DNA of 64,000 bases from Pseudomonadales bacterium (GTDB lineage Bacteria > Patescibacteriota > Microgenomatia > UBA1400 > PJMF01), in assembly GCA_020632255.1 (NCBI GenBank), contig JACKFX010000001.1:58734-122733 (forward strand). Direction: 5' to 3'. This document shows, in pieces, positions 43,029 to 52,984 of this stretch (position 1 is its first letter; each line of letters begins with the position of its first letter). Below the pieces are notes generated by a model. The model was not told where the DNA came from. It ran no database searches and worked only from the letters and a program-made list of their open reading frames with translations. The position numbers and the translations under genes are program-made.

Positions 43029-43058
43029 TTGGCCCGGACTTTCAGTCCGGGCCATTAT
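43029..43058. terminator. hairpin ggcccggact-ttc-agtccgggcc
   Basis: 10-bp perfect stem between convergent genes. Confidence 0.5.
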
Positions 43059-43885
43059 TGTTTAATCCGATAACCATCGGGAGTGTTTTCAATGAGCTCT
43101 TCTGCTAATAAATCTCCAAGCACTTTCTCAAAGTACTTCTTCTCACCTTTAATTTCTTGTTTCAACTCAACTTCAGTCAGGAGTGGGTGTTGTGTCAGGT
43201 ATCGAATGATCTCTCCCCTCACCTGTCGCGGTGAGCCTTCAAATCGGGATTGTTTGGTGTGATGTTTACTATTTCGACTGGGATTTGGAAAGATTTTTTT
43301 CAGGTGGCTGCCATAGTCCATCAAGGCAGCGTACCACTCTCGTGGGTTATTGGTATAAATAGTTGCTTCAATGAGAGGTAGTAGCTCAGCATCTTCAACA
43401 TTGGTCCGTTTAGGAAAAAAATGATAAATATAGATGGAGCGAATATTTGTTTCAATCACAACTTCTGGATTATTAAAGGCAAAAGTACTGATTGCAGTGG
43501 CAGTGTATGGACCAATACCAGGCAGTTTTTGCAGCTCATCAGCAGTACTCGGAAAGGTGTCTTCAAGTTCAGTATGCACTTTTTGAGCAGTTTGCCATAA
43601 AAACTTGGCACGACGGTTATATCCCAACCCCTGCCATAAGGATAAAACTTCAGCGAGAGATGCTTGGGCCAAAACTTTAGTAGAGGGAAACGTTTCAAGA
43701 AATGCCAGGTATTTAGTGATGACGCGTTCAACTTGAGTTTGTTGAAGCATGAGTTCGGAGACAAGAATCTTATAGGGATCGGTGGTGTTTCTCCACGGCA
43801 GTTCATAGCGGCCGTGTTTTGAGTACCACCACAAGATGAATTGCTGGAAGTTGGCTACATCAGTTTTTTTCACTTTTCCAAGCAT
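43055..43885 (-). CDS. MutY-like HhH-GPD adenine DNA glycosylase, no Fe-S cluster cysteines visible
   Basis: WWYSKHGRYELPWR N-terminus, LPGIGPYTA HhH-GPD loop. The C-terminal region lacks the Cx6Cx2Cx5C motif. Confidence 0.55.
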   Translation of the reverse strand: MLGKVKKTDVANFQQFILWWYSKHGRYELPWRNTTDPYKILVSELMLQQTQVERVITKYLAFLETFPSTKVLAQASLAEVLSLWQGLGYNRRAKFLWQTAQKVHTELEDTFPSTADELQKLPGIGPYTATAISTFAFNNPEVVIETNIRSIYIYHFFPKRTNVEDAELLPLIEATIYTNNPREWYAALMDYGSHLKKIFPNPSRNSKHHTKQSRFEGSPRQVRGEIIRYLTQHPLLTEVELKQEIKGEKKYFEKVLGDLLAEELIENTPDGYRIKQ

Positions 43886-44498
43886 AACACAGAGACGTAC
43901 TGTGTTTTAGATATATCTCTTAGCTTTAATCTCACTCTTGCATAAATAGTGCATGTGTCTAAGCAATATTTTTTGTAATTCACCTTCAAAACATATGTGT
44001 GCAGAAGCGATTTATTTCGGAAAAACTATGTGATGTTGTGAGTATTTTCAGCTACGAAATGTCTGTGGAAAGTTGTGTCTTCTTGTCTGGATTTTAAAAA
44101 AACTTGTTGTAGCCAGTGAGGAAAACTGAAAGCGACGTTTAGTTAAGACCTATGTTGTGCATCCGAGTGCGTGTAGCTAATACATTTCGATTGTTCTTTT
44201 TAAAACAATTATTAGTCGAGTATATGTACACAGTTGGGATGATATGTTTTCAATAACTTCTAGCTTTTTTTAATAGTCGACGCTTTTGTTGCACGGCTTT
44301 TTACCAAGAACGGCAGTGTGTAAATAAGCTCTTTATTGCTAAAGAGCTTATTAACCTTCACACATTGGGGCGAACCAGATAAGAATACTCCAATTACGTA
44401 GATCAAGTTTTTTTTGAAATATGCTATAATTAGCTCATATTTACTAAATTATCATTTTGTGCGCAATCACATACAAAATAATTTAAGAAAGGATAGCT

Positions 44499-44942
44499 AT
44501 GAGTTTGAAATATCTTATAGAAAGTGAACTGCCCATTATTAGTAAGGTCCCTGAGGATCAGCCCAATCTTGATAAAGCCATTCAAAATCCAGACAGTCCC
44601 GAAGTAAATGTGTTTTGGTTTGTTCACAGACTCAACTCCCTTTTTATGGCTTTGGCCAATTCTAATTTTTCTCCAGAACAGATTCAATTTGATAGTTTAG
44701 CTCGGTGTATCAGTGGTGAAGACAGTTTTGAAAATCTTAGTTTGTTTACTGATGATCCAAAGAACTATGACGGTAGTAGCCAGCCTACAGATGAATTTCT
44801 TAAAGAAAATCAACAAAATATTCAAGATGTTATCGCTGGTATCGAAGAGTTTAGTATTACAGTAACAGATTCTGGTTTATTGGCGAATCAATTGAAAAAT
44901 CAATACGATGATAGATTTTTTCAGTTGCGGGTTTTTGAATAA
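44499..44942 (+). CDS. hypothetical acidic protein (147 aa) in the segment inserted between the mutY 5'-end duplicates
   Basis: ORF only. Confidence 0.4.
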   Translation: MSLKYLIESELPIISKVPEDQPNLDKAIQNPDSPEVNVFWFVHRLNSLFMALANSNFSPEQIQFDSLARCISGEDSFENLSLFTDDPKNYDGSSQPTDEFLKENQQNIQDVIAGIEEFSITVTDSGLLANQLKNQYDDRFFQLRVFE

Positions 44943-45214
44943 GTACTTTTATTTCTTGTAACTTAACTTGCATACTTAAATCGTTATTGATTTTTGAGTG
45001 GACTATGACTTTGGTTGGCGTCTAGCTGCGCTCTTCTTTTGTCACAGATTTTTTTAATCAAAAAGAATACTCGCATATTTTATTTCGTTTGTGCTCAAGC
45101 TTGATTACATTTTCTATGGAGAGATTTTCCTAATATCTACTCATTGGTCTTAGGGCATTTGCGTGAGAAACAATTACTATGTTGATAGAATTGTTTTAAA
45201 TATCAGATAGTATC

Positions 45215-45523
45215 TCAAATCACTGCAATTATTCCTACAAATACTACTGATCGTCTTGAAGAATCTCTTTGTACGCTCTCTAATTTGAATGAACTCATTA
45301 TCGTCACTAGCTCTGTTTCCATCTTAAGTACCAATTGACCTGTGAATAATTTGGGTACAACTCTCTCAACTTGAGTCTGTTGGAGCATTAGCTCAGAAAC
45401 TAACACTTTGTAAGGATCTGTAGTCTTTCGCCATGGAAGTTCATATCGACCATGTTTTGAGTACCACCACAGGATAAAACGCTGGAAGTTATTACTATCG
45501 GTATTTTTCACTTTTCCAAGCAT
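45215..45523 (-). pseudogene. diverged duplicate of the first ~60 codons of the mutY-like gene
   Basis: MLGKVKNTDSNNFQRFILWWYSKHGRYELPWRKTTDPYKVLVSELMLQQTQVERV is about 85% identical to the N-terminus of 43055-43885, then diverges into nonsense. Confidence 0.5.
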
Positions 45524-45579
45524 AGCGCAGGATACTCTGATGAGTTGCTCGTAACACTAAAACGAGTTTATCACCACGC

Positions 45580-45897
45580 CTAAAATAAGCACTTACTCAA
45601 ATCAACTTTATTTTTTTTGAAGATGACGCCCTCAGCCCGAAGTTTTTGTTCTTGTACTTTGGCTCCACCAAAGGCGTACCCTGGAGCCAGTCTGCCATCA
45701 CTAAAAACAACTCGATGACAAGGAAACTGTGAGCTGTCAGGGTTTTGGTGTAAAATTTTACCAACTAACCGGGGAGTGGATAAAAACAGGTCTCTGGCAA
45801 TTTGGCCATAGGTTGTGACTTTTCCCTTGGGAATGGTTGTTAGATACTCAAAGACGTCGGGCGCAAACTTTTTGAGTGCAGATGGTTCATTTTGCAT
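45580..45897 (-). CDS. methylated-DNA–protein-cysteine methyltransferase (MGMT/Ogt C-terminal domain only)
   Basis: PCHRVV active-site motif and TYGQIA. Start taken at the internal Met (MQNEPSAL). Confidence 0.6.
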   Translation of the reverse strand: MQNEPSALKKFAPDVFEYLTTIPKGKVTTYGQIARDLFLSTPRLVGKILHQNPDSSQFPCHRVVFSDGRLAPGYAFGGAKVQEQKLRAEGVIFKKNKVDLSKCLF

Positions 45898-46981
45898 GAG
45901 ATTTGTTTGTAAGGTTCGTATGTAAATATAGTAGGTGTACAAAAATACCAAGGATTAGAAACAGCTCTGTTAGCTCCTCCCAAGATTTGAAGCGCCATGG
46001 GCCATGAATTTTTCTAAGCCATAAGTATAACAGGATGAAACTAAAGTTAAAAAAGAGATGGGCACCCGGAATTACAATTTTTTTCCAAGTCTGAATACTT
46101 TTGATCTTTGGTACGAGATCTTTTAGGAGCCACTCAACTACCCAAAGAAATGCTCCGTATACTCCAATCGCGGTGTAGCCAACATAGACAAATGGCCAAA
46201 ATGTTTCTGAGTTATGAATGTTGATCTCATCTTGATGATTTTGATCAGCGATGTGATCGGGTGTTTCAATGTTGAAAATACGTTGACCCCATGAAATTTC
46301 TTCAAGAGCAACCAATGTGAGCGCAACACCAACTGCAATGCAGCCAAGTTTATAGACTAGCTGGTGGTATTTATTTGCAAAAAGTTTCTTTCTGCTTAGG
46401 TTGAACGAGATTAACCCACTGACAAAAAACAGAAGAGCTGTTGCCATTTCAACAAGGCCATCCTCAACGATAAGATCTGAGTACTCAAATGGATGCATCA
46501 AATAATAGAGCCCAAAAGTGACAATAGACAATAGCGTTCCAGTTGCAAAAAGAGTTTGCCAATTATTTTTAAGAAATGATGGTGGAAGGTGAAGTAGACC
46601 AAACAATAATCCAGGAAAACTAAGTAATAGAATTGCTTCAAAATTGATTTTATAGATTTCTAAAAAGTAGTTTAGAAAAAGTCTCCCCTCCTCTAATAGC
46701 AGTACGATTACTGTGAGCAGAATACTCGTTGGGAGCAAAATAAATAGATTTCCAAATGAGAATTCTTGGGAGAAGCGGTGTTCTCTTTTGGTAGCGAAAA
46801 AGAGTGCTGCATGCAAGCCAAATAAGGCAAGTATTACTAATTTTGCAGACAGTCCGGTGTTGTTTAGAATGCTATCGTGGTAGGTCAAAAACTCAACTAA
46901 GACTACGAGAAGAGAAGCTACATACAAAACCTTCAGAAGTGTTTTTGCTGCAACTTTGTTTAAGGGTTTCTGTTGGAACAT
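45887..46981 (-). CDS. polytopic membrane protein, unknown
   Basis: About 10 predicted TM helices. Confidence 0.45.
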   Translation of the reverse strand: MFQQKPLNKVAAKTLLKVLYVASLLVVLVEFLTYHDSILNNTGLSAKLVILALFGLHAALFFATKREHRFSQEFSFGNLFILLPTSILLTVIVLLLEEGRLFLNYFLEIYKINFEAILLLSFPGLLFGLLHLPPSFLKNNWQTLFATGTLLSIVTFGLYYLMHPFEYSDLIVEDGLVEMATALLFFVSGLISFNLSRKKLFANKYHQLVYKLGCIAVGVALTLVALEEISWGQRIFNIETPDHIADQNHQDEINIHNSETFWPFVYVGYTAIGVYGAFLWVVEWLLKDLVPKIKSIQTWKKIVIPGAHLFFNFSFILLYLWLRKIHGPWRFKSWEELTELFLILGIFVHLLYLHTNLTNKSHAK

Positions 46982-47110
46982 GGTATGGATTCTAAACAGT
47001 AACTAGTATGTGGGCATTGTATATGATTTTGAGTTATTCGTCTAAAGAAATCTACTCTTATAGAATTTCAGCTGAAGTTTTTACTTAGTTTTGTTATAGT
47101 AACACCAGTT

Positions 47111-48328
47111 TTGCAGCAACAGAAGGAGGCACGAATGATATCACTTTCGGAAGAAACAATTGAATTACATAAGAAGCATGGAGGAAAACTTGGTGTCACT
47201 GCTAAGGTTTCACTTTCCAACTCACACGATCTTTCTTTGGCATACACACCTGGCGTTAGTGCTGTTTCAAAAGCTATTGCGCAAGATAAGAGTTTAGCTC
47301 GAAAACTAACCATAAATGGTCACACTGTGGCAATAATTTCTGATGGTTCGGCTGTGCTTGGATTAGGAAACATTGGCCCAGAAGCAGCCCTTCCGGTCAT
47401 GGAGGGTAAAGCTCTGTTGATCAAAGAGTTTGCAGGTCTCGATGCATTTCCACTGGTTATAAATACTCAAAAGCCAGAAGAAATTATCCAATTTGTCCGA
47501 CAGGTTGCCCCATCTTTCTCGGCAGTAAATCTTGAAGATATCGGAGCTCCAAACTGCTTTCTGATTGAAGAAGCTCTTCAAGACTTGGGCATTCCAGTTT
47601 TCCATGATGACCAGCACGGGACCGCTGTTGCGGTGACAGCAGCTTTAACAAATGCTACTAAGGTGATTGAAAAGCCATATGAACAACTTCGTGTTGGCAT
47701 TGTGGGTGCGGGAGCCGCGGGCCTAGCTGTTTCTAAAATGTTGCTGGCAGCTGATTGTAAAGATGAGCACTGTAATATTATCAAAGGACTTCCTCATGTT
47801 GCAGATGTGATTGTTTTTGATAGCAGCGGCGCACTCTATGCGGGCCGTGATGGCATGAATGTCTACAAACAAGCCATTGCTGGTATCAGCAATCATGAAA
47901 GACGTAGCGGCAAACCAGAAGAGGCCCTAAAAGATTTCGATGTCGTCATAGGGCTTTCGGGCCCTGGTACGATTACTGCCGAAGCAATCGGCGTGATGGC
48001 AGATAGACCTGTGGTGTTTGCCATGGCAAATCCAGACCCAGAAATTATGCCAGATGATGCTCTCGCGGCTGGTGCCTATGTGGTGGCGACAGGACGCAGT
48101 GACTTTCCGAACCAAATTAATAACATCCTGGCTTTTCCAGCTGTTTTTAAAATTGCACATGAATTTGGTTTAAAGACAATTACAACTGAGGTTAAAATTG
48201 CATTGGTGCGTGCGCTAGCATCCTTGCTGCCGAATCCGACCAGAGAAGAAATTGTGGTCTCCCCTTTTTACCCGAATTTGGTTGAGACGTTGGTTGAAAA
48301 GGTGGGAAAAGAGTTGGGGTTAAAATAG
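47111..48328 (+). CDS. NAD(P)-dependent malic enzyme (short form)
   Basis: LSLAYTPGV, malic enzyme NAD-binding motif VGAGAAGLAVSKML, FAMANPDPEI. Confidence 0.75.
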   Translation: MQQQKEARMISLSEETIELHKKHGGKLGVTAKVSLSNSHDLSLAYTPGVSAVSKAIAQDKSLARKLTINGHTVAIISDGSAVLGLGNIGPEAALPVMEGKALLIKEFAGLDAFPLVINTQKPEEIIQFVRQVAPSFSAVNLEDIGAPNCFLIEEALQDLGIPVFHDDQHGTAVAVTAALTNATKVIEKPYEQLRVGIVGAGAAGLAVSKMLLAADCKDEHCNIIKGLPHVADVIVFDSSGALYAGRDGMNVYKQAIAGISNHERRSGKPEEALKDFDVVIGLSGPGTITAEAIGVMADRPVVFAMANPDPEIMPDDALAAGAYVVATGRSDFPNQINNILAFPAVFKIAHEFGLKTITTEVKIALVRALASLLPNPTREEIVVSPFYPNLVETLVEKVGKELGLK

Positions 48329-48387
48329 TGATAGTATCTCTTTATAGTAAGTTCTTTGTAAGATATAAAATATAAGGTTAAAAATGT

Positions 48388-49242
48388 ATGCCAAGTGAGC
48401 AACATGAAGTTCCCCTAATAAATAATGCAGTAGAAACAAATGAGACAATATATAAACCAAGGGTTTTGAAACTTTCCGAGATGGCACTCTCAATTTCTGA
48501 TGATAAGGGAAATCACTATGTTAGTGAAGCAGGTAATTCACAATATGCACCCCAGGAAATATTTTCTGTCGAGCAGACAGCAGATGGTGAGTTGGTAGTT
48601 TTAGTCGAAGGGAAACGTGACAGAAATTCATTTCCAACTTGGGAGTTAACAAGTCAAGATGTTGTAAAATTAGGGAGTTTTTTGGGACATGTGCCTGTTT
48701 CTGATTTTTTTGCTAGTTGGGAACCTGGTTTACACGATGACCGGGAGTTAGTCTGGGAGTTCAGCCAAAAGGAAGAAGAAGTACGGAGACGTCTTTCATA
48801 TGTTTCAGTTTTAGCCAGGGCAGCTGGTACCACAAACATTCCTCAAGATTTTGATAGGGCTGTATGGGCCTTAACTGCGCAGGCAGACAAAAAGCTCTAT
48901 TCACCAAACGATTTACTTGAATCCTATACAGAGATTATTTTAGACAAGATTGCTTCAAATGAGGGTGCCGACCCAGCACTGGTACAACGAGTTAGAGAAA
49001 GTATCAATGCCTTAGGTCTTTTTACAAATAAGGAAGAAGAGTTTATTGTTCAGTATTTTTATTTGTACGCTTCACTACAAAAAGTTGATTTCGAAGATAT
49101 TTATGCAATAGTTGAGTCGCTCAGATATTTCCCATTTGTAGAAACACTTCTGAAAAAATTTAATGATCATCCTGACTCAAGTTTTGGTGATAATTTGTTA
49201 GGAGCGTTAAGTAGGTTTTCAAATGAATTTTACGAAGAGTAA
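48388..49242 (+). CDS. hypothetical protein (284 aa)
   Basis: ORF only. Confidence 0.45.
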   Translation: MPSEQHEVPLINNAVETNETIYKPRVLKLSEMALSISDDKGNHYVSEAGNSQYAPQEIFSVEQTADGELVVLVEGKRDRNSFPTWELTSQDVVKLGSFLGHVPVSDFFASWEPGLHDDRELVWEFSQKEEEVRRRLSYVSVLARAAGTTNIPQDFDRAVWALTAQADKKLYSPNDLLESYTEIILDKIASNEGADPALVQRVRESINALGLFTNKEEEFIVQYFYLYASLQKVDFEDIYAIVESLRYFPFVETLLKKFNDHPDSSFGDNLLGALSRFSNEFYEE

Positions 49243-49287
49243 TTCAGCTTTGGTGCGCATATGTCTTATGTCAGACTCAAAAAATAG

Positions 49288-49383
49288 GCAAACGGAAAGA
49301 CAATACTAGTTGCATTTCCAGGTTGGACCCATCCAATTGAGAACGAAAGTGCATTTCTTACATTGTTAAGTGAAAAATACTTA
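49288..49383 (+). pseudogene. 5' fragment of an alpha/beta hydrolase homologous to the cassette gene 30114-30842
   Basis: Translates …TILVAFPGWTHPIENESAFLTLLSEKYLV*, against the cassette gene's TVLVAFPGWTHPIENEKEFLNLLSKKYTV. There is an in-frame stop just upstream. Confidence 0.4.
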
Positions 49384-49986
49384 GTTTAAATTTAAAAGTG
49401 TTCTCAATTGAAAAACTGAGTCACGAGGATTTTCTTCATCAAACAAAAAAGTTTGCCAGCCAATTTTTTTAGCACCTTCAATAAAATTATTATTGTCATC
49501 TATGAATAAAATTTCTTCAGGATTTGTTTTTGCTTTTTCTGTGGCAATTTGGTATATTTCTATCTCTGGTTTTACAAATCCTATATCACAAGAGTGAGTA
49601 TGAGCATCCCAATTAATATCAGGCAGAATTTTCATTTCTAGTATTTTAGAATAAACTCCTTTGTAAATATTTGTTAGTATGCCAATTTTATATTTGGATA
49701 CACAGGAAAGCATTAATTCTTGAGTTTCTTTAATAGGTTCAAAATTGCTGACCCAATATTCAGCGAAGTCTTTTAACTTTTCATCAGAAAATGTAAGTTC
49801 ATTCTTATAAATTTCCCAGAGTTCTTGAGCTGAAATTTCCCCTCTACAAACCGTACCATCATATCTCTTATAAACATTTTCCAAATCTTGATATTGGATT
49901 GAATATTTTTTAGCTAATTCTTTTAATCCACCATGAAAGTGAAATGCAACTCCTCCCAAATCAAAATATACAAATTTTATTTTCAT
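49381..49986 (-). CDS. HAD-like hydrolase
   Basis: VYFDLGGV motif I-like and IDDNNNFIEGAKKIG motif IV-like. Start taken at MKIKFVYF. Confidence 0.4.
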   Translation of the reverse strand: MKIKFVYFDLGGVAFHFHGGLKELAKKYSIQYQDLENVYKRYDGTVCRGEISAQELWEIYKNELTFSDEKLKDFAEYWVSNFEPIKETQELMLSCVSKYKIGILTNIYKGVYSKILEMKILPDINWDAHTHSCDIGFVKPEIEIYQIATEKAKTNPEEILFIDDNNNFIEGAKKIGWQTFLFDEENPRDSVFQLRTLLNLN

Positions 49987-50079
49987 TTCAAAATAGTATA
50001 ACATATAGAAAAAAGACCTATAAATAAGTCTTTAATCACAGTGCCGACAACGTTGTACCAAATTAAAACCTTCTATGAA

Positions 50080-50961
50080 TTAAATACTCATAAAAATAAG
50101 GCCTACAACACTTATTAGTGAAGCAATAATTTTTATTTTCCAGTTATCAGTTTCTTTTAAGAAAATGAAACCTAATATAACGGTTAGGATTACAGATAGT
50201 TGTCCAACAGAAACAATTAAGGAAATTGAATTAGATAGAACAATTGCTTTATAGTACAAAATTGCTGCAATTCCCCAAATCATGCTCATGATAAAAAGTT
50301 GTTTGATGATGGCTCTATTTTTTTTGATAATTTTTATTTTTTTTATCTCGGTTGGTTTGACTAGAATAGCCAGTAATCCAGGAAGAATGAACAGTATTGC
50401 GAGAGTTGGTGAAAGCGCAAGTGTTTGGTAGATGCCTTTATCGTTTACTAAGGCTAATCCAGACAATAAAACCGAAAGAAAAGCAATTCCTTCGCCCCTT
50501 GAGAAATGAGATAGCTTTGTTTCTTTGTCGTGTACTACAGCAAATACACTGACTAAAATTAAAAGAGTTCCAAATAATTGTTGTTGGGTGAAAGTCTCCC
50601 CCAACAACAATAATGCTAAAACAATTGAGACTAGCGGAGAAAGTGTTTCAATAATTGAGTACTTCGAAGCAGTGATGCTGTTGAGTGCCTTAAATGAAGT
50701 AAATGTTGCGGAAAACCATAGAATAGCACCAATAAAAATTTTCAAGGTCATCTGTGGTGTTATTGTTGTAAAGTATCCAATATATTCATTGCCAAATCCT
50801 AATACTATTGAGAAGAAAATTACTGCTATTCCTCCTGCTATTTGGAAAAGAACGGTATACATATAGTTTAAGTTATCGTCATCAGCAGAAATTTTTTTAC
50901 GAATTATCGATGCTGCAGAGTATAAAAAAACTGAAGCAAGAGTTAAATATATCGGAGTCAT
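50080..50961 (-). CDS. EamA/DMT family transporter
   Basis: 10 TM helices in a two-fold repeat. Confidence 0.5.
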   Translation of the reverse strand: MTPIYLTLASVFLYSAASIIRKKISADDDNLNYMYTVLFQIAGGIAVIFFSIVLGFGNEYIGYFTTITPQMTLKIFIGAILWFSATFTSFKALNSITASKYSIIETLSPLVSIVLALLLLGETFTQQQLFGTLLILVSVFAVVHDKETKLSHFSRGEGIAFLSVLLSGLALVNDKGIYQTLALSPTLAILFILPGLLAILVKPTEIKKIKIIKKNRAIIKQLFIMSMIWGIAAILYYKAIVLSNSISLIVSVGQLSVILTVILGFIFLKETDNWKIKIIASLISVVGLIFMSI

Positions 50962-51346
50962 GCCTGAATTATATCAGACATTTTTAGGTTCTAGAGTTCA
51001 AGGTTCTGTGAAAAGAATCTCTCAAGGAGAGAGTTTTGTAGACAACGTTGTGTCAAATTAGAACCTTTCATCAACAAAAACTGTTAGATAATACTCATAC
51101 ATTGCTTCAATAGATCTAGGGATTGTCCTAGTTATTTGATATTCTGAAAAGTGTTGAGCATTCATTTTTATAGTTACTGATTCTGAAAGTTTACTAGCAA
51201 GACATGTTGTTATATCTTGTCCAATGCGCTCTGTATGAGAGTAAATACTGCGTGTAGATAATCTAGGGCCCACAATACGTGTTGACATCCCCTTATCAAC
51301 TGGCATATTATGAGATAATTAATATATTCAATTAGAAATTATATGT

Positions 51347-52984
51347 ATGAAGATACAAACATATGTTTGGGTGCTGTGCCTACTATATATTTTTTTGAGT
51401 TTTCCTACATTTGCATTTGCTGCTCCGGCCGATCTCGATTCAACATTTAACAGTTCTTCTGGAATCGATGGCCAAATTGTGCATACTGCAGTAGATTCAA
51501 GCGATCATATTATTATTTATGGATATTTTTCCACATACGATTCATTGAATTTTTCAGGTTTAGCCAGAATTGATAAAGATGGTCTGATTGATCCTTCCTT
51601 TGATCCAGGTACGAGCGCAAATGGAACTGTCGAAGCTCTTGCTGTTCAGTCTGATCGAAAAGTAATTATTGCTGGAGATTTTGACTCATTTGATGGTGAC
51701 TCAATTATTGACATTGCTCGCTTAAATGCAGATGGTAGTTTGGATTCAAGTTTTGATCCTGGGCTGAGTTCAAATGGCATTATTTATGATGTTGTGGTAT
51801 TACAGTCAGGAAAGATACTTGTCGCGGGGCAATTTTCATCATTTAATAGCATTTCTGCAAATAACATAGTTTTACTCAATCAAGATGGAAGCGTAGATAC
51901 AGCTTTTGATGTTGCAACTGGGCCTAACGAAAGTGTGAAGGCACTGCTCGAACAACCAGATGGGAAAATTGTGATTGGTGGAAATTTTACTACATTTAAT
52001 GCTCAGTCTAGACAATATCTTGCCCGAATCGAGTCCGATGGTTCACTCGATACAAGTTTTATTGTTGGTAGTAGCATTGAATTTCCAGTATATTCACTTG
52101 CTTTGCAGTCCACCAACAACATTATCTTTGTTGGACTTTTTTATAATGATTCTGGTGTAGAAGATATTCAAATCGGTAGATTATTAGCTGATACCGGTAC
52201 GCTTGATTCTTCATTTAATCCAGGTGGGGTTGCCACAGATCCAGGATATTGGAGCAATACGGTTTCTATAGAAGCTCTCAAGGTTTTAGATACAGATCAA
52301 ATTCTAATTGGAGGACAGTTTCGAGAATATAATTTGGTTACTCGAAACGGAATTGCACGATTGCAAGCCGATGGAACACTAGATACTGTTTTTGATCCCG
52401 GCACAGGTGTTGATTATGCTGTCAAATCAATTTCCTTGCTTTCAAACAACCAAATTATTATTGCTGGTAATTACTACACGTATAACGATAGTGCTTCTGT
52501 AAGCATATCTAAGCTTGAGGGAGATCCTCTAGTTGAGCAAGGTTCTGATGAGGAGATTGAGGTTTCAAGTGGTAATAATTCTAGTTCTGGGTTCACTAGC
52601 TCAATTTCGAATGTTAATACACCAAGTTGCAGTGATTCTACTCCTGTAGGAGTCCCAGATTTATTTCAAGTTGATGTTGCTTCGGATCGTGCCATACTTT
52701 ATTTTTCACCTGTAAATACTCCTGCTCCCAATTATTTAGTTTCATATAGTCAGTACGATAATGCATTTCAACATAGTGTCTTTACAAATCAGGGATACTC
52801 CTCTGGAGCTCTTGTATTTACCATTGATGAATTACAGCCTAATACGACGTATTTTATGAAAGTACGGGGACAGAATGGATGTGCTCCCGGGCATTGGGGC
52901 AATCAGGTAAAAATTACTACTGCTAAAAAGGGTGTAGCTTATTATCGCCCCGTGTATGCCTTTTCGCCTATTCGATTGTTCTAG
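51347..52984 (+). CDS. secreted beta-propeller-like repeat protein (reiterated DG(S/T)LD(S/T)SF(D/N)PG motifs) with a C-terminal FN3-like domain
   Basis: Signal peptide. At least 8 repeats of DGSLDSSFDPG-like units spaced ~45-60 aa apart (delta-60-type repeats). Confidence 0.45.
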   Translation: MKIQTYVWVLCLLYIFLSFPTFAFAAPADLDSTFNSSSGIDGQIVHTAVDSSDHIIIYGYFSTYDSLNFSGLARIDKDGLIDPSFDPGTSANGTVEALAVQSDRKVIIAGDFDSFDGDSIIDIARLNADGSLDSSFDPGLSSNGIIYDVVVLQSGKILVAGQFSSFNSISANNIVLLNQDGSVDTAFDVATGPNESVKALLEQPDGKIVIGGNFTTFNAQSRQYLARIESDGSLDTSFIVGSSIEFPVYSLALQSTNNIIFVGLFYNDSGVEDIQIGRLLADTGTLDSSFNPGGVATDPGYWSNTVSIEALKVLDTDQILIGGQFREYNLVTRNGIARLQADGTLDTVFDPGTGVDYAVKSISLLSNNQIIIAGNYYTYNDSASVSISKLEGDPLVEQGSDEEIEVSSGNNSSSGFTSSISNVNTPSCSDSTPVGVPDLFQVDVASDRAILYFSPVNTPAPNYLVSYSQYDNAFQHSVFTNQGYSSGALVFTIDELQPNTTYFMKVRGQNGCAPGHWGNQVKITTAKKGVAYYRPVYAFSPIRLF

